Assembly (NCBI GenBank): GCA_036172245.1 | Contig: JAYWIR010000011.1 | Span: 3,100,001-3,164,000 of the forward strand | Source: Raillietiella orientalis | Taxonomy: Eukaryota | DNA: 64,000 nucleotides | Direction: 5' to 3' | Part shown: positions 50,951-62,660 of the stretch, in pieces | Layout: every line of letters starts with the position of its first letter | Position numbering within the stretch: position 1 is the first letter of the stretch | Program-made: the position numbers and the translations under genes | Notes under the pieces: model-generated | Databases searched by the model: none | Told to the model about the DNA's origin: nothing | The model's input: only the letters and a program-made list of their open reading frames with translations

Positions 50951-51724
50951 CCCGGATCGCCGAAATTCCGGGCTGGGAATGCCCTCCTGGGGTTAGGAAG
51001 GAGGAGGGGCAACTCCGAAGAGTCAAGGAAACTCTGGAGAGCCTCAGGGGACGCTGAAAAGTCGAGGGGGTCCGGTCGGGTCTTCCTCAGGTCCCGAACG
51101 CCGTGAGACTGGTTTCCACTCCCTTTCTCCTTCCCTCGGGAGCTCGCGTTCGCATCGCAGGCACAGCTAGAAGGCCGCTTGCGCTTGCCTCTCTTGGGAT
51201 TCTCTTCCTGCCTCCCAACTCTCCCACTGCGCCCATAGGGGCAGTCTGACAGTGTTCTGATGATCACCTCTCCCCACTGCTGCTGCCATCGGTCTCACTC
51301 CTCTTGACTGCCTCGCCACTGCCCGGAAGCTAGGTATTCGTCGGGCTACACTGGGTCAGGAGAGGGCATATTTCTCTACAGGTCGGCGCTGCCTCTCCCT
51401 TTTTATCCTTTTCCTCCTTCCTCCTCCTTTCCCCCCTTCTTCTTTCTCCTCCTTTGCTCCCTCCTCTACTGGCCAACGATGATCTGTAGGGTCCTCCCGA
51501 GTTGGAGCGATACTGACCTACTCTGCAGAAGGCCATGATAAATGCCGCGAGAGCACCGTATTCCTGCGTGTTCTTTTCCTGATTTTACAGAGGACACCCT
51601 TGGTCAGAGACTGCTTCTGTCCAAGAGGGGGGCTCAACACGGGCGATCAGCCAACATCGAACCGGAAGTTGAAGGGTTCCCTGAAGCCTGCCCTTCTACT
51701 CCGAACCCATCCGCGAAGGGTCAT

Positions 51725-51960
51725 CAGGTATCACCAGCAAGGCTCGGGAAGTTCGCGCGTGCCTTAGAGGCCGGCCACCCCTCCCAGCAGTGGCATCCGC
51801 AAGAGGAGACGTCGGCAGGCGTGCCGGTGCTCCGCTGTTGGACGGCAGCCAAGTTTCGCGTGCTAAGCGACTGCATCCTTCCGGTTTCACGCGACCGGCC
51901 GGCCGGATTCGGGGCGTTCTGGAGGCAGTAGGTGAGCTCCTGGGAGAATCGCCTCTTCTC
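51725..51960 (-). mobile_element. Degenerate DIRS-like tyrosine recombinase C-terminal relic
   Basis: Translates as RRFSQELTYCLQNA...MQSLSTRNLAAVQQRSTGTPADVSSCGCHCWEG, resembling xxISxWIxxxIxxA...AHSTRxxAxSxA...GVxxxxICxAAxW. The catalytic His and Tyr are not retained. Confidence 0.35.
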
Positions 51961-52669
51961 CCTCTCCTTTCAGTCTGCAGAAAAAGTCGCCAGTGGAGCG
52001 CGCTCTCTGCCTATCGCTGGAGGTGGATGACCTTCGATTCACGGACTGGTCCCGTTCAAGATCTGGGATGAAATTGAAGTTTGATTCCTCCCATTCCCGC
52101 CTGCACTTTTCCGTCAGCGACAGCTGTCCCTTTTCTTCCCGTGGGAGATTTGCAAATCTGTCCCCTTCCCATCCTCTCTCCTCCAGGTTTATCTCATATC
52201 TGCGCAGTCCTGAGTCTCCTTATGACGTCTCCTGAAACACAGCTGGCATCCTGCTTGCTGCGTTGCTTTTCACACATCAAGGAAATGAATCGTCCTGTTT
52301 TCCATCATCCATCGCATGCGAAAGAGCAGATTAGAGCTTCGGATGCTGAGAGTGCTCAAACTGTTTGCTCGCCGTCGTGCGGCTCCCATCGGGTAGAAAA
52401 AGAGGAGCCAGAAATGCAGGGGCTGAGAGCCACGATCCGCCGCGATCTCAAGACGCGGAGTGTTCTGGAACCGGTAGTTCGCTGAACGCTTCTTCGACGC
52501 TCCAGCCGAACGAAGAAGCGGGCAGCCGGAAACCGAGAAAGAGACGCGCGAGATTTCCTACTTTGCTGGAGGGAGGCTTGGATGGGGTCGTGACGTGAGC
52601 CCCTCTTGGACATCTCTGTAGAGATCTCTGCGTTTGCCTCAGGGCCACCGGAGAAGACAGTTTGTAAGA

Positions 52670-53240
52670 CAGTTTTGAGACGCTTGTAAGACCGTCTCCG
52701 CGTATGGAAACCAAACGTTGCGAGTTCGAATCCCCTGAACAGGATGAAGCTGGCTAGTTTTGTAGGCTTTAGTGCGGCACTGGGGAAAGCCGGGTGTCCT
52801 CTCTGACTGACCGGATTGGAAGTTGACCTGGAAATTCACTTCCAATCCCGGCCAGGGTCCTTCCAGGAATCAATAAGCCCTTCGGGGTTTCCCTCTGGCT
52901 GTTAGCCGTGTGCAGTACGCGCACCACGGAGCTGGTCGATACTCCCCTCAGGAAGCTGAGTAGAGTGTCTTCAGAGTGTAAGAAGTGCGCTGCTCCTTTC
53001 AGGGAAGCTGCGGAGCGACTTTTTGGGGTTCTCTTCTGAAAGGAGAACAAGGAGTGGTTCCCTTGCGGGTCCTCTCCAGAAGAAACGAGGAAAGATCCAT
53101 CCGAAGGGGTCATGCAAAGAGCACAAGGAAGAGGTTCCCTTCGGAGACAAGAAGGGCGAGGGTTCTCTTCGAGTTCCCTACCAAGCGCAAGACAGTTCAA
53201 GATCAGGTTCCCCCAAAAGAATCGTTTTCCGAGATCTTTG
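52670..53240 (+). mobile_element. SINE-like family A, 3'-truncated copy
   Basis: gcgagttcgaatcccc head; gtgcggcac, gggtccttccaggaatcaa, ggagctggt and ggggttctcttc blocks are shared with the other copies. Confidence 0.62.
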
Positions 53241-53249
53241 AGTAACAAT

Positions 53250-54850
53250 GCAATGTCCTCATCACTTACAGTTGACCAGAATGCCTACCACTTCGGAGTC
53301 CAAGACATTGGAGTGTTTTCCTCAGAATGTACCTTCCGGAGTCCACTCTCGGATCGGAAACTTTGCTGTTGGTTTCAGCCTAGTCCATTCCGCAGGGAAG
53401 GCTGCCCGTGCGGTGGCTACAAATCTCAGCGTGTTGCGGAGATCCCACATCCTGACTCTTTGGTCCCTATCCTCTCGGAAAGACTTGATTTTCCGCATCC
53501 CACGGATGAATCCTCCTCTCTCTAAGACAGTGATGCTCCACGTGCTGTTTCCAGACTCGTTCGCTTTCCTCCATTAGTGCTTCCGGAGTAGAGAAGAAGG
53601 AACTGTGAGCGCTCGCCAGAAGAAGCTGAGGAATGACATCATGTGGTTGCTGTTGAGACCCGCAAGATTTCTCAATTGCTAACATTTCGAAGCGAGCTCG
53701 CCGCGGGCGCCCAGAAGAGGCAGAGAAGGAGGGGATAGCTCACCAAGACAGCGTACGGAAGATCATCTCGGACGGCCATCCGGTCATTCTAAAGAGATGA
53801 ATGAACGAGAGTTCGTCGGACCTCAGATCGTGGCAGACCTTTTTCGCCTAGAGCTCTTTAATTGTTTGCGATGCTTTCCCCTATGGGGAACATCTCCGAA
53901 CGCATTTCATTTGGTGGCAGTCTAAAGTCAGCTGGAGGGTCCAGCTGCTACTGGTCTGAGGCAAGGACTTCGTCAGGTCGGTCCGTCTTTCATGCTGCGC
54001 TGAGGGGTCTCCCTCTGTCGGACCAAACCTGTTTACTTGGCTTTTGTCTCTGTGCAAGCTCGGAGGCTTATCTTTTCACTTTTCGACACCTTCATTTGTG
54101 CTCGGTAGGATTCGAGGGTGTCCTGACCACCGAGCTGCACGAGCCGGTGGACGCAGCCACCATCTTGCATGAGCCAGTTTCGCATGCATTCTTGGACTTC
54201 CCAGTTCTCGAGATGCCAGGGTCCCAATGAGCCAACGAGACTCATTCATACTGACGATCGGGTTCCTCCTGCAGGGGAAAAGCCGGAAACCACATCAGGA
54301 GGGAAGAAGACAAGACGAGTTCCTTCCTTCTCCACTGGCCTTTTCGCGCACGCAACAGGTTCCAGTCTCCGAGCCAATCCCTCTTTCCCGAGCAGTGTTG
54401 ACCCGCCCTATCCCGCGCTTCTGAGCGCTCTTAGCTTCGAGTCCCTAAAAGCTGTCCGTGTCTTTTCTTCTGGTGGAGGCCATCGGTCGTCATGACGATC
54501 ATCTCATGGAGGCAGCTCAGAAAGTGCCCGCGTCCGCAAACAGCTTGCTTCGCTTGTCTCTGAATTTCACGCTTAGGTCGTCCCTTTTTCCGAGTAAGGA
54601 CCGAGTCAGTATGCAATGCGACCCTAAGGTCTTACGGACAATGCTGCTGATCAATGATTCGTCAACTGATGACTGCACGGGCGGCCGTGCCGCCATGATT
54701 GCGCAAACAGGAGTTTCCGATCGTTTGGACTGCGAGCAGCTCTTCTGGCGATCCGCCCATAACTTGCGAGCAAACCAGCAATTCTGTTATCGGCGGTGAC
54801 TCCGCCCTTTCGTTACTCGACAGCGACACGAGGTTTGGGTTTCACCGGCA
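53250..54850 (-). mobile_element. Degenerate Tx1/L1-clade LINE ORF2 C-terminal relic
   Basis: ARAVI..ESLISSI (cf. GRALVINQLVAS), EIQRQAKQAVCGRGHFLS (cf. KIQRRLLDFLWIGKHWVS), a decayed zinc-knuckle region (KSCGS...) and RMWDLRNTLRF (cf. IWxxRNxxxF), in order. Confidence 0.45.
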
Positions 54851-55179
54851 AGTCTCTCAGCACTGGAAGGTGGGCCCCCGAGCGAAATCCCGCGCCGCGG
54901 GCAACCCGTCCATCTCGTTCTCCGCTGCCACGATCCGTCAGCCTGCGAAAAACGGAGGCGGTAAAGGATGGAGAAAGAGGCTGCTTCAGGATGACGCAGC
55001 GTCCCACGGGTTCGCTTGCAGGCAGGATCTCAGCTTGCCAGAGACTCCTTCAGCTTGTTCCGAGCGCCGTCTCTCGGAACGAGGCGAAAGCTTCGGCCTC
55101 CCTAAAATTCTTTCCATCCGGTCGCGCCAGGGCGTTCCCGCTTACCCACCCACCCCCCAAGAAAAATTTAAAGGCCATG

Positions 55180-55412
55180 GCAGGAACCACGTTCCACCTC
55201 GTTCATCAACTATGGAGCCTGCCGAGAAGCCTGCACGTAGACCGGCGAGGTTCGCCTCGGCAGCAGAAAGGAGAGGGCAGGAAAAAATGAAAATAAAAGT
55301 ATATAAATTTATTAATTTATATAAAAAACCCTATGGCGGATTCGGGAAGGAATCACATCCTGCTAGAGGGCGTCCTCTGCATCTTTTCCAGGATTCCGGC
55401 AACTTTCTGCTG
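55180..55412. repeat. Dispersed repeat family B, copy 2
   Basis: ccggcgaggttcgcctcggcagcaga...aaaaatgaaa...gggaaggaatcac...agagggcgtcctctgcatctt...ccggcaactttctg. Confidence 0.62.
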
Positions 55413-56309
55413 GATAGTTCCAAGATGAGGACATCTCCATTGAGACCCTGAGAAAATGGTCCGCGGAATGGATGGCGTCCCTGTGGTTCTCGCCTCTCTC
55501 AGCGGCGCTCCAGGCAGCCACAATCTGGCGTCGGCACCAAAGTGTTGCTACGGAGCGTGAGGACTTTAAGCAAGAAGAGGAGCTTCCTAACGTCCCTGGG
55601 ATAGCCGTCGGAGGGGTCCGCGGGGTCGCGGCAGAGCGTTCCCAGAGTGGTCGGAGGGCACGACACAGGCCACGAGCAGGTGAGGGATGGATTCTGGCTC
55701 TCTGTGCCCGCCACAGCTAGGGTTCACCCCTTCCCCTGGGTCCAGTGACGTCGGCGGGCGTTGCAAGAGAGTCCCCAGAGCAACAAGAGGCCAGCGCCAA
55801 CTCCTGCCACTTCAGAGGGAGGGTCCAAGTGTTCCTCGATGGGTCACCGAGAGTCACTCGAGGTATTCAGGTGGGATTCTGAGCAGCGCGCCTCAGCGAA
55901 AAAGTCCTCTCGGTGGGGCGCTTGGAGTCACAATGTCGGTGAGGTGGTTCGTGCTCCAGCCGGCTGTAGCCTTCCTCCTGGGGTCGATCTCACAAAGGAG
56001 ATCTCCCATTTCGTTGGCAGCTTGCCGCCAAGACGCTTCCACTCAGGAAGGGAAGTGCGACAACAAGGGACGTCTCCCTGAAATCAAGTCTGTTGGTTCC
56101 CCCTCTGAATCCGCTCCAGGTCGGCGCACGCAGACCCTGCAAAGTAGGAGGGAGGGGGGAGGTGCATGATGGCTTCCCGGGGGCTGTTCAGCTCGAGCGG
56201 ATGGGATGAGTTCCAAGAGGAAGATTTTCCTCCCGAGCAAAGAGCTGCTTGGGAGGGGAACCCTCCTCCCCCCTATGCTGAACGCTTCCCTCGAGTAGCC
56301 GCATGTAAG

Positions 56310-56950
56310 GTTTTTCCAAGCGACTACCACAGGGACGCTTTCTTTGCTACACAGTACACAGGCGTTGACGCTGCCAGACTGCCTGGGCGACCCATCCGTT
56401 CCATCCCGGGGCGCGCAGCGATCGAGATCAAGCGGCGTCCCTCTTGCAGAGATCCCTTCTCTGGACCTGCCGCACATCCCAGCGGTGCTCAGGAGAAACA
56501 GTATGGACTCGCGTGGTGAGCGTGCGAGCAGCCATCAGCACGCGTCTGCAGTTGGCCGCGTGGGGGATCCAGCTCCATCACCAGACAGGGATGACGACCA
56601 CCCGGCCGACCAGTTCGAGGAGACATGAGCATCAATAGCTTCCGGTCGGGAAACACCGGGGGCCGACCCCGGACTTCCCGGCGCTCCGGAACGGAAGCTG
56701 AACCATCGCGCGCGGAGCTTCCTTCCCCGGCGCGGAAGGTCGCGCTCGACCTGGCTGTAACCCCCCTCCCCCCCGCAAACCAGCGGCGGCGTTTCCGGGA
56801 GGAACCCGGAATCTGCTCCGCGAACCTCCGGGAATGCTGGATGTCCTGACCACTTTTCCGCCCGCCCCGCGCCACTCCAGGGGAGCGTCCGGTGCCAGCG
56901 ACCTCGCCGAACCTGCTTTGCATGCACCGATGAGCATCCGGAGACTCGGG
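56310..56950 (+). mobile_element. Possible degenerate reverse transcriptase relic (DIRS/LTR-type)
   Basis: DYHRDAFF (cf. DLKDAFF), DPFSGPAAHP (cf. LPFGLxxAP), then WGIQLH followed by gat gac (DD) in a shifted frame. Confidence 0.3.
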
Positions 56951-58317
56951 GGTCGACGTCTTTACCCGCGGTCAAGGCTGGAATCCCTCTCGCCTCCACG
57001 GAGAAGGCAAGGGCAGTTAATTCCGCTGGTCTCGGAGATGCCGGCAAGTGGCATCGGGGGAGCTCCTCCCTTCCCCTGAGGCGCGATTGCCCCCTCTTTG
57101 ATCCCCTGAGGCGTCCACACACCCCGTCCCCGTCACCTTCCTGCCTGCACGCGCCTTATTCGGGGCTCGGGAAGGAGTTCCCTTCCGACCGCCCCCGCAG
57201 CATCCTCCAAGATGAAGGGCGTTCGAAGGGGGCGGACAGCTCCCCCGGAAAGGCACCCGCAAGCCGAAGGAGAGAACCCGGGGGGGAAGAGGATTCCGGT
57301 TCCGTTTTGCTTCCCCTTCGCTCGAGCGAGCAGAAGTCCAACGAACCTTCACGAGGGGGGTCGGGATCGCGCGGCTTCCCCACTCATCGGGAAATCCGAC
57401 GCGCGAGGAACGCGTCCGTTGCGTCACCGTCTCACCAGGAGGGCTTTCGCAAGCGGAAGAGGCGGGCGGCGCCTTCCGGGTTCACCGGTGCCAGCAGCGG
57501 CCGTGCAGCGAATGCTCTACGAGGGCACACGGCGGGTGCTTCCCGCCGTCCGCCACCCGTTCCCGTGGGGCGGAGGAGCCGGGACTCGTCCTTCGGACCG
57601 GGCGCGCTCTCGAAGGGGGAGCGGCGCCACCGATGCATTCTCGTCTCTTCGGCGCTCTCGTCTTAAACTATTTTATTTCTTTGCTGGCCGTCACCGGAGC
57701 GGGTGGAGCATGGAGGGAAGACGGGAGGGGGAGAAGAGGAGGTGGGGAAGGAAGGGGAAGAGGCGCTGGTCACGTCTGGAATCTCCTTCGTTGTGGGGGT
57801 GGGAGGAGACGATGCAGGGAGGCGGTCACGAATCCTGGGGTGCGCCGGGTGGCCGGCCAGAAAAGGGACGGAGGGGACTCTGACTAGCAGAGCTGCCGCA
57901 CGACCCACTTGATGTCCAGGCGGGTGGACTCGGCAGCACGAGGTGGAACTTCTTCTCGAGGAACGTGGCGCATAGGTACTCGCGTTCGCGGCCGGAGGCG
58001 GACCACGCCGCGGAGGAAATTGCCGAAGGGGTAGATGCTCTCCCCCGGAGTTGACGCGGGCACCCGAGGCCGGCAGAAGTTCCATGGAAGAGGTTCCAGG
58101 AGGTGCTTCTCCCCCTCTCTCCCTCCTTCTCCTGAAAGGGAGGGGCTAGTGTCTCTTTTCTTCCTTCCCGAGTCTCTGCCGTCCGCCTACAGACCGGCCT
58201 GCGCGCTGTCCGGGCGCCTGAGGAGGAAACGTTTCCCCTGAGACGTCCCTGCCGCGGGAACCTTCTCCCGGGAGACTGACCACGGGAGGGTGAGGGGAGG
58301 GCTTGGCAGGGGAAGGC

Positions 58318-58611
58318 TCAGCGAGTCCTCCTCAGGATGCGCTCCAGGAGCTCCAGGAACACCGTGCCCAGAAACTGGTAAATCCCGTCGAAGTTGAACC
58401 CTCCACTTACGGGCAGCAGGATTTTCAGGGGCAGCACGGCCCTTACGTTCAGGACTATCACGGCCACGACGAACACGAAGAGGATGAAGGACTGGAGGGG
58501 AGTCAGGTGCAGAGCTGACGATACCACGTCTACGGAGATGGGGAACAGTCCGGAGCATCTTCCGATAGCACAAGCTGCGAGCACAACCACCAGATTGCTC
58601 GACCCTTCCAT
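58318..58611 (-). CDS. Small predicted membrane protein (97 aa; signal-like N-terminus plus one TM segment), unrecognised family, paralogue of 60694-61164
   Basis: MEGSSNLVVVLAACAIGRCSGLFPISVDVVSSALHLTPLQSFILFVFVVAVIVLNVRAVLPLKILLPVSGGFNFDGIYQFLGTVFLELLERILRRTR. Shares 29/61 ungapped identity with its neighbour. Normal protein composition, unlike the flanking Arg/Pro/Gly-rich spurious ORFs. Confidence 0.7.
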   Translation of the reverse strand: MEGSSNLVVVLAACAIGRCSGLFPISVDVVSSALHLTPLQSFILFVFVVAVIVLNVRAVLPLKILLPVSGGFNFDGIYQFLGTVFLELLERILRRTR

Positions 58612-59894
58612 CTTCTCTCTTCTCTCGCCCCCGCAGCACTTCGCGGCGTCCTTGGAGCCGCGGGATTCCCTCACGCTGTGGACGGAAGGGGAGCCTCCTC
58701 GGAAGTGTTCCCGTGCCGGGATGAACAGAGTGGATCCTGCTCGATCCTTCCCAGCGCCGCATGCAGATCTTCCTGGACCCTCGTCCGACCAGCAGAGGAG
58801 CCAAGACTGAACGGATCCCTCGCCAGACGCGCGGTCGCGAGATTCGAAGGGATCAGACGGGTGAAGCATCCGGGAGACCTGTTATTCTTTGTCCATCGCT
58901 CGGAGATTGCAGACAGAAGGCCGATAAGGCTTCTGGAGATGGTCGAAAGATAACGAAGAAGAGGAGCAAAACGCGACTACGCCCGCAGTTCTCAGGAGGA
59001 CACCAGCATACGCACACTCGCAAAAGAAAGCACAAAAAAAAAGAAAGAGGAAAGACAAAAAGCAAAGAGAGAGAGAGAGAGACAAAAAAAGATAGAAGAA
59101 GGAACGTTGGGGCTTCCGTGACATGGCTTTTCAAGAACAGATTCCTGCTGATCGACTGGCAGTTGGTCGTTCGGCCGCCAGAGGGACGGGGAGGAAGTGA
59201 CTCAATAGCCCGTCAGGGTGGCGGAGCGACAGCAGACATCGAGGCAGTTGCCACGGAGTTGCCGCTGAAGGCTGACAAGTAGGAAGAGGAAGCACCGGGA
59301 AAGAGATATATTTTTTCTCGCCCCCGGAGGAAGTGGATGGGCAGACCCCCTCACGCTCCGGCCGAGGCGGAAAAGAAGGAAAAGGGAGAATAGCCGCTTC
59401 TTGAGAGCCCCTTCCTCCCTTTTCCGGGAGACTCTTTGTCCGTTTGGGAAGAACTAAGAGGAAAGCAGATGGTAGGCAGGTCCGAAAAGGAAGAGGCGCG
59501 TCTCGTGGACACAGGAGGGAGTCCCGGTTTCCCAGGAGGCATCGCGCGCATCCACCTCCGGCACGGTGCTGAAGATGGATGCGGCAGCCGGTGATGAATC
59601 GCTCGTCGGAAGCTGTGGAGGCGGGGCACCAGCCATCAAAGCACGGAGCCGCCGTGCCAACAGCAGCAGCCCAGCGAGAAGGTTCGTCCCATCTCTCAGG
59701 GAAAATTCTCCGCGACTGGGGATGCGCAGCTGCGCGTCTGCATTGGCGATGATCCGCAGAATCTTGTCGCCAAGGGACTCGGGGCAGGACGGTTTGCAGT
59801 GCAGTCGTCGTTGTCGACTGCTTGCCTGCAGTCTAAAGGAAGCAGCGTCCGCGTCCCCGACAGGAACAACAGCAAAGGCGAGTTTGACTGCGCC

Positions 59895-60245
59895 TTTCCT
59901 TTTTTTTTTTGGCTTCTCAAGGGACGCTGAAGAACCTTTGGGTCTCCTCTGGGGTGGCTCACGAAACTCTTTGACAGTTCCACGCCACCCAAGGGTGCGT
60001 GGCCCTCTTCGAGTTAAGGGACCACCCCGGGCGGGAACCTGCCTATGAATCCGGAAAGGGATCCGTCAGGAGTTCCTTCTTCCTCTCGCTCTTGGTAGGG
60101 GACCACGGAAGAAACGACTCCTCCCTCTTTTTCGTTCCTGGCGGTACTCTAGCAGCAGCAAGCGAGAGGAGGCACAGTGGGTGGTGCTGGAGCGATCCAG
60201 GAGGAAGTAAGAACGAGGGAAGGACCCCACAGTAATTTGGTTTCT
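59895..60245 (-). mobile_element. SINE-like family A variant (shared 3' end, different body)
   Basis: T-tract at 59895-59910, gctcacgaaact, stem-loop ccacgccaccc-aa-gggtgcgtgg (59980-60002) and ctcttcgagtta...ctatgaatcc. Similar to 62385-62660 over about 270 bp. Confidence 0.65.
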
Positions 60246-60693
60246 CTCCCTCTCGTCCGGATCGCCTCATCATCCAAGCCCCCTGGGGTTCCGAATCCCT
60301 CTGGTCTTCCCCTTTTGGGCGGAAGCGCCGACCGCACCTTCGAGCGCTCGGGTCCGCGGAGCAAGAGGGTGCGGAATTTCCCGGAGCTTCCCTTCCTCCA
60401 GTTCCAGCCGGCCCTCCGTTTTTCCTTTCCTTCGTTCATGACCTTTTCTATCATGCCTGCTGATCGAGCGCCGGATGCCGAGTTCCTGCGACTGTGTGAC
60501 TCGAGGGTTCGTGAGGTCACGAGCGACTCCTCCTTGGAGATGTGAGAGAGAACCGAATCCACAGCATGCATGCATGTTCACCGTACATGACGCGGCGAGA
60601 CGCATAGGAACTTCTCGGACCCGTCCATGAGGTGGCGCGCAAGGAACGAGTAGAAAAATCCCTCCCGCCGACGGCGTAGTGGCAGTGGAAGGC

Positions 60694-61164
60694 ATGAAGC
60701 TGTGCTACGTCGTGTTCCTGTTGCTGGCAGCCTTCCAGGTCTGCTTCGCCATATTCGGGTACATAGAGATCGACGTCATCACGACCGCCTTCTCCCTGAG
60801 CCCGATGAAGTCCTTCATCGCCTTCCTGTGCGTCCTCGGAGTGGTGATCCTGAACTTCCGCAGGATACTCCCCGTCAAAGTATCCCCTCCCATGATGGGT
60901 GGCCCCAATTTCGACATCGTGTACAACTTCCTGGATACGAAGTTCCACACTCTGGTCAACCTGTTGCAAGGGAAGTCGTACGACTTCGTGCAGGACCTCA
61001 TCACCGCCATCGGCGAGCAGCTGGCGCCCCCGAGGATCGCCCACCTCGAAGAGAAGAGACAGGGGAATGCGACCGGCCCGGGAAGCGTCACCTATGCCTT
61101 GCGGGACCGATTCCTAGGGAACTTCAGCTCCTCGGAAATGTACGTATCTCGAGAACCAGTGTGA
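60694..61164 (+). CDS. Small predicted membrane protein (156 aa; signal peptide plus one TM segment), unrecognised family, paralogue of 58318-58611
   Basis: MKLCYVVFLLLAAFQVCFA-IFGYIEIDVITTAFSLSPMKSFIAFLCVLGVVILNFRRILPVKVSPPMMGGPNFDIVYNFLDTKF... Strong C/G-ending codon bias (ttc, atc, gac, tac, aac), intronless, and homologous to the opposite-strand neighbour. Confidence 0.78.
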   Translation: MKLCYVVFLLLAAFQVCFAIFGYIEIDVITTAFSLSPMKSFIAFLCVLGVVILNFRRILPVKVSPPMMGGPNFDIVYNFLDTKFHTLVNLLQGKSYDFVQDLITAIGEQLAPPRIAHLEEKRQGNATGPGSVTYALRDRFLGNFSSSEMYVSREPV

Positions 61165-62384
61165 CCCGGAACTCTTCAGCAGCAGTGGAGGCGGCTACAG
61201 CAGCAGGGAACCTCCGTTTGCGATCTCGGAGCAGAACTGAGTCCACGGAAAGATCCCTCATCCTCCTCTTTTCCCCAATGTCGGAGGGGAGAAGAAGGTG
61301 CAGGTACCACACGGAGCGAGCGAATGAAGGTCCTTTCTCTCCAGACCGGGAGAAGGACGCCTCGGATCCCTGCCGCTGTCGCCGCCGCCCGTCGAGCCCC
61401 GCCCGGCACGGCCGTGTGCCTTTTTGTCCCGGAAAGCCCATTAAAAGTCGCTGCTCGGAGGGGCAGTGGGTCTCCGGCGGTGCTCTGATTACATTCTGCT
61501 CGGCTCGCCTCACGTGGCCCCTGCCTCAGGCCACGTGCATGCCCGCATCCAGGGGCAAAAGCATCCGCCGGAGGGTGGGAGGAGAAGGGGGAAGATGAAT
61601 CAAGTGTTTGCAGGTGCGAGGATGACTGCTGAGAGGCACGCGAAGCATCTCGCGCAACCCATGGCAACCTTTGCCTCCGGAAAGGGGAATTCATCTTTTC
61701 AGGAGGTGCATCTGGGAGTGAGGAGCAGTAAGTAAGGAAGCGGGGAGAGGAAGGCGCTCTCTATTCCCTTCTTTCTCCCCCCTCATCCTTCCCGAAGCAT
61801 CCGCTCCGATACGCCCGTGGAGCGCCCGTCGCTTCTTGGGCCGGGTGCGGTTCGCCGTATCCTTCCCTGTCCCGTATCTCGAAGTGTATGAGAAACTGGG
61901 TGACCCGCTCGGCTGATCTGCGTCCAGGTTCGCCTAATCCCCCGCCACCGCACCAGCGATCCGATCCGTGAGGTGCTGTCCGGCACTCACGCCTGCGGGG
62001 TCTCATCGCGCAGTCCGCTCTCGTTCCGTCCCACTACGAGCGATGCACCTCCGGATACGCCTTGGAACGACGCCCGGAGAACGCGGGCCGAGGGAAGCTC
62101 TAGGTTACGGGAAGGGCACCGGTCAAGGGAAGCTTCTACAGCCAGGCGCGGAACAGAGGAGAAACGGCAGTCGACGACATCCCTTGCGGCTGTCAGTCTA
62201 TTCAGGCAGATCTGGTTCCTCCCGGGAATGCTGTTCAGGAAGGGAAAGGGGGGAGGACGAAGGGGAAGGAGGAGGAGGAGGAGACTTGCAAGTGCTACAG
62301 GGGAAACAACGTCAGCTCCACCGTAACCTACCTCCATGAGAGCTTCGTGCTTTCTGCCTTTTGCGAGGGTGGCCTTGGGTCGCG

Positions 62385-62660
62385 GTCTTCCACGCCATCC
62401 GTGGGTGCGTGCCCCTCTTCGAGTTAGGGAACCACCCCAGAAGGGAACCTCTCTATGAATCCAGGGAGGTTACGAAAGATGGAATCCCTTCTTCCTCTCA
62501 CTCTTGGTAGGGGACCACGGGGGAAAGGGCTTCTCCCTCTTTTCCGTTCCTGGCGGCGCACTCGAGCAGCAGCGAGCGAAAGGAGATACAGTGGATGGTT
62601 CCGGCGTGATCCAGGAGAAAGAAGGACGAGAGGGAAAAACTCCACGGCAGTTCAGTTCCT
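62385..62660 (-). mobile_element. SINE-like family A variant, second copy (direct repeat of about 59975-60245)
   Basis: ttccacgccatccgtgggtgcgtgcccctcttcgagttagggaaccacccc...cttggtaggggaccacgg...cgttcctggcgg...agcagcagc...gatccaggag aligns with the 60 kb copy. Confidence 0.65.

Noticed and set aside
59975..60005. Helitron 3' end (GC hairpin) with gene capture
   Set aside because: Homology between copies continues about 70 nt past the hairpin into an A-rich tail, and CTRR is not conserved. This fits a retroposon better.
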